A stretch of 64,000 nt of DNA from Candidatus Poribacteria bacterium (lineage in GTDB: Bacteria > Poribacteria > WGA-4E > PCPOR2b), in the NCBI GenBank assembly GCA_965204355.1, contig OZ241983.1:291913-355912 (forward strand), read 5' to 3'. Each line of letters starts with the position of its first letter. Within the stretch, counting starts at the first letter, position 1. Both the position numbers and the translations under genes were made by a program. Below, one piece after another: positions 62,522 through 64,000 of the stretch. Below the pieces are notes generated by a model. It searched no databases and was not told where the DNA came from. It saw only the letters and a program-made list of their open reading frames with translations.

Positions 62522-64000
62522 ATGAAACCGGTATTGTCACGGTTCCTGTTGATTGGACTTTTACTTTTCTGCGAAGTATGGGCGGCAGCTGCCCAATCGC
62601 AGGGGGATTCAATTAACATCGTCGGCACCCTCTTTATGCCGGCTCCTGATCACACAACCCCGCATGGCGCGGTGCTTGTCCAAGCTATTAGGGATGGGGA
62701 ATTGGTCAACACAACATTGAGTGATGAAATGGGTAGGTTCTCGTTCACCAACCTGAAAATGGGACAGTACCGGGTGCGATGTCAAACGCCAATGGGGTAT
62801 GTCTATCCAGTAGAAGGAGAAACGCATCAGATTACCGCAGGAGAAAGGCTTGAAGTTCATTTCCACATAAGTCCTTTCAAAAAAGGTACGTGGAAACACT
62901 ATGATACCCTTGATGGTTTGGCGGATAACAACGTCACCGCCCTCTACCGAACCTCCGATGGTGTGATGTGGTTTGGGACCGATGGCGGCGGTGTTTCTGT
63001 ATACGATGGCGAACGGTTCAACACCTTCACAACTCAAGACGGATTGGTTAGCAATTTCGTCCGTTCCATCTATAGCAGAGACGATACCACTATCTGGTTT
63101 GCAACCCGAGGCGGTGTATCTCGCTATGACGGTGTCCGTGGGGACGATGGGATGACATTCACTAATCTAACAGAAAAAGAGGGGTTGGCTCATAACGATG
63201 TCTACGCGATTCATCAGGCGCCTGATGGTGTCATGTGGTTGGGAACAGCAGGCGGTGTCTCTCAATACAACGGCAAAGAATTTGTCAATTTAACGAAAGC
63301 GGAGGGATTGGCACATAATCATGTCTATGCCATCTGTCAAGCTTCAGATGGTGTGCTGTGGTTTGGGACACGCGGGAGCGGTGTGTTTGGGTATGATGGA
63401 AAGGGAATTATCAAACGGTTGACGACGGAAAATGGCTTGGTGGAGAACCGTGTTCATGCCATCTATACCACTCCTGATGACACATTGTGGTTTGGCACTG
63501 ACGGGGGTGTCTCTGTATACGATGGAAGCAGATTCGTCAAGCATCTCACAGAGAAGGAGGGGTTGATGCACAACCGTGTGCGTGCCATTTGGCAGAACTC
63601 AGATGGCATGATGTGGTTCGGTACGCCGGCGGGTGCTTCTCGGTACGACGGAGAGATAATGGTCAACTTCACTACAGGGGATGGCCTGAGACATAACGCA
63701 ATTACCGCAATCCTCTCCACGCCTGATGGGACCGTATGGTTCGGGACCGATGGCAGCGGCATTTCTACTTACGATGGGCACGGATTTACCAACTTCACTG
63801 AGGCAGATGGACTGGCAGGTAACTGGATTTATGATATCCATCAGGTGTCGGAAGGGGCAATATGGTTTGGGACATCAGGTGGAGTTTCTCGGTACGACCT
63901 TCAGCCGGTGCTCGGGACAGATGGACGCAGATTTGTTAACCTTACGACTCAGGAGGGTTTGGCAAATAACAGTGTACGAACTATCCATCACGATGCGGAT
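62522..64000 (+). CDS. Secreted or sensor protein with two-component regulator propeller (Reg_prop) repeats; runs off the window
   Basis: SD AAGGAG, MKPVLSRFLLIGLLL signal peptide, then repeated DGL..N.V.AI....DG.MWFGT.GGVS.YDG; absent from the ORF track because there is no stop in the window. Confidence 0.88.
   Translation, partial: MKPVLSRFLLIGLLLFCEVWAAAAQSQGDSINIVGTLFMPAPDHTTPHGAVLVQAIRDGELVNTTLSDEMGRFSFTNLKMGQYRVRCQTPMGYVYPVEGETHQITAGERLEVHFHISPFKKGTWKHYDTLDGLADNNVTALYRTSDGVMWFGTDGGGVSVYDGERFNTFTTQDGLVSNFVRSIYSRDDTTIWFATRGGVSRYDGVRGDDGMTFTNLTEKEGLAHNDVYAIHQAPDGVMWLGTAGGVSQYNGKEFVNLTKAEGLAHNHVYAICQASDGVLWFGTRGSGVFGYDGKGIIKRLTTENGLVENRVHAIYTTPDDTLWFGTDGGVSVYDGSRFVKHLTEKEGLMHNRVRAIWQNSDGMMWFGTPAGASRYDGEIMVNFTTGDGLRHNAITAILSTPDGTVWFGTDGSGISTYDGHGFTNFTEADGLAGNWIYDIHQVSEGAIWFGTSGGVSRYDLQPVLGTDGRRFVNLTTQEGLANNSVRTIHHDAD

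Noticed and set aside
62609-63841. Minus-strand repetitive ORFs
   Set aside because: They are the antisense of the plus-strand Reg_prop gene starting at 62522.

Overview
Bacterial chromosomal window of roughly 48-50% GC (estimated by eye). The gene style (PhyH, Gfo/Idh/MocA, HEAT-repeat, Uma2 and Reg_prop proteins, many TA modules, dense intergenic MITE/REP repeats) suggests a Candidatus Poribacteria-like sponge symbiont; this is inference only. The housekeeping backbone is nuoABC, larC, a citrate synthase-like gene with icd and mdh, gltBD, pdxJ, purD, phoH-ybeY-corC-tRNA-Pro-recO-glyQS (fused), hsp20-lon and degP-hsp20. Small accessory cassettes are interspersed: an MTase-HNH fusion and an HNH islet, RelE-type and HEPN-MNT TA pairs, an orphan BrnA-like ORF, and a frameshifted mini toxin with an immunity-like partner. 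The most notable observations are: (1) an unannotated ~190-nt structured RNA at 30361-30551 with its own promoter, a terminator and three possible loop-mediated pseudoknots; (2) a three-tier nested repeat system (TIR MITE > GTAG REP > TCCCG-N6-CGGGA palindrome), with one palindrome sitting in frame inside an ABC ATPase gene; (3) a -1 frameshift in larC; (4) divergent sigma54 promoters sharing enhancer-like sites. All calls come from reading motifs by eye; no database searches were run.
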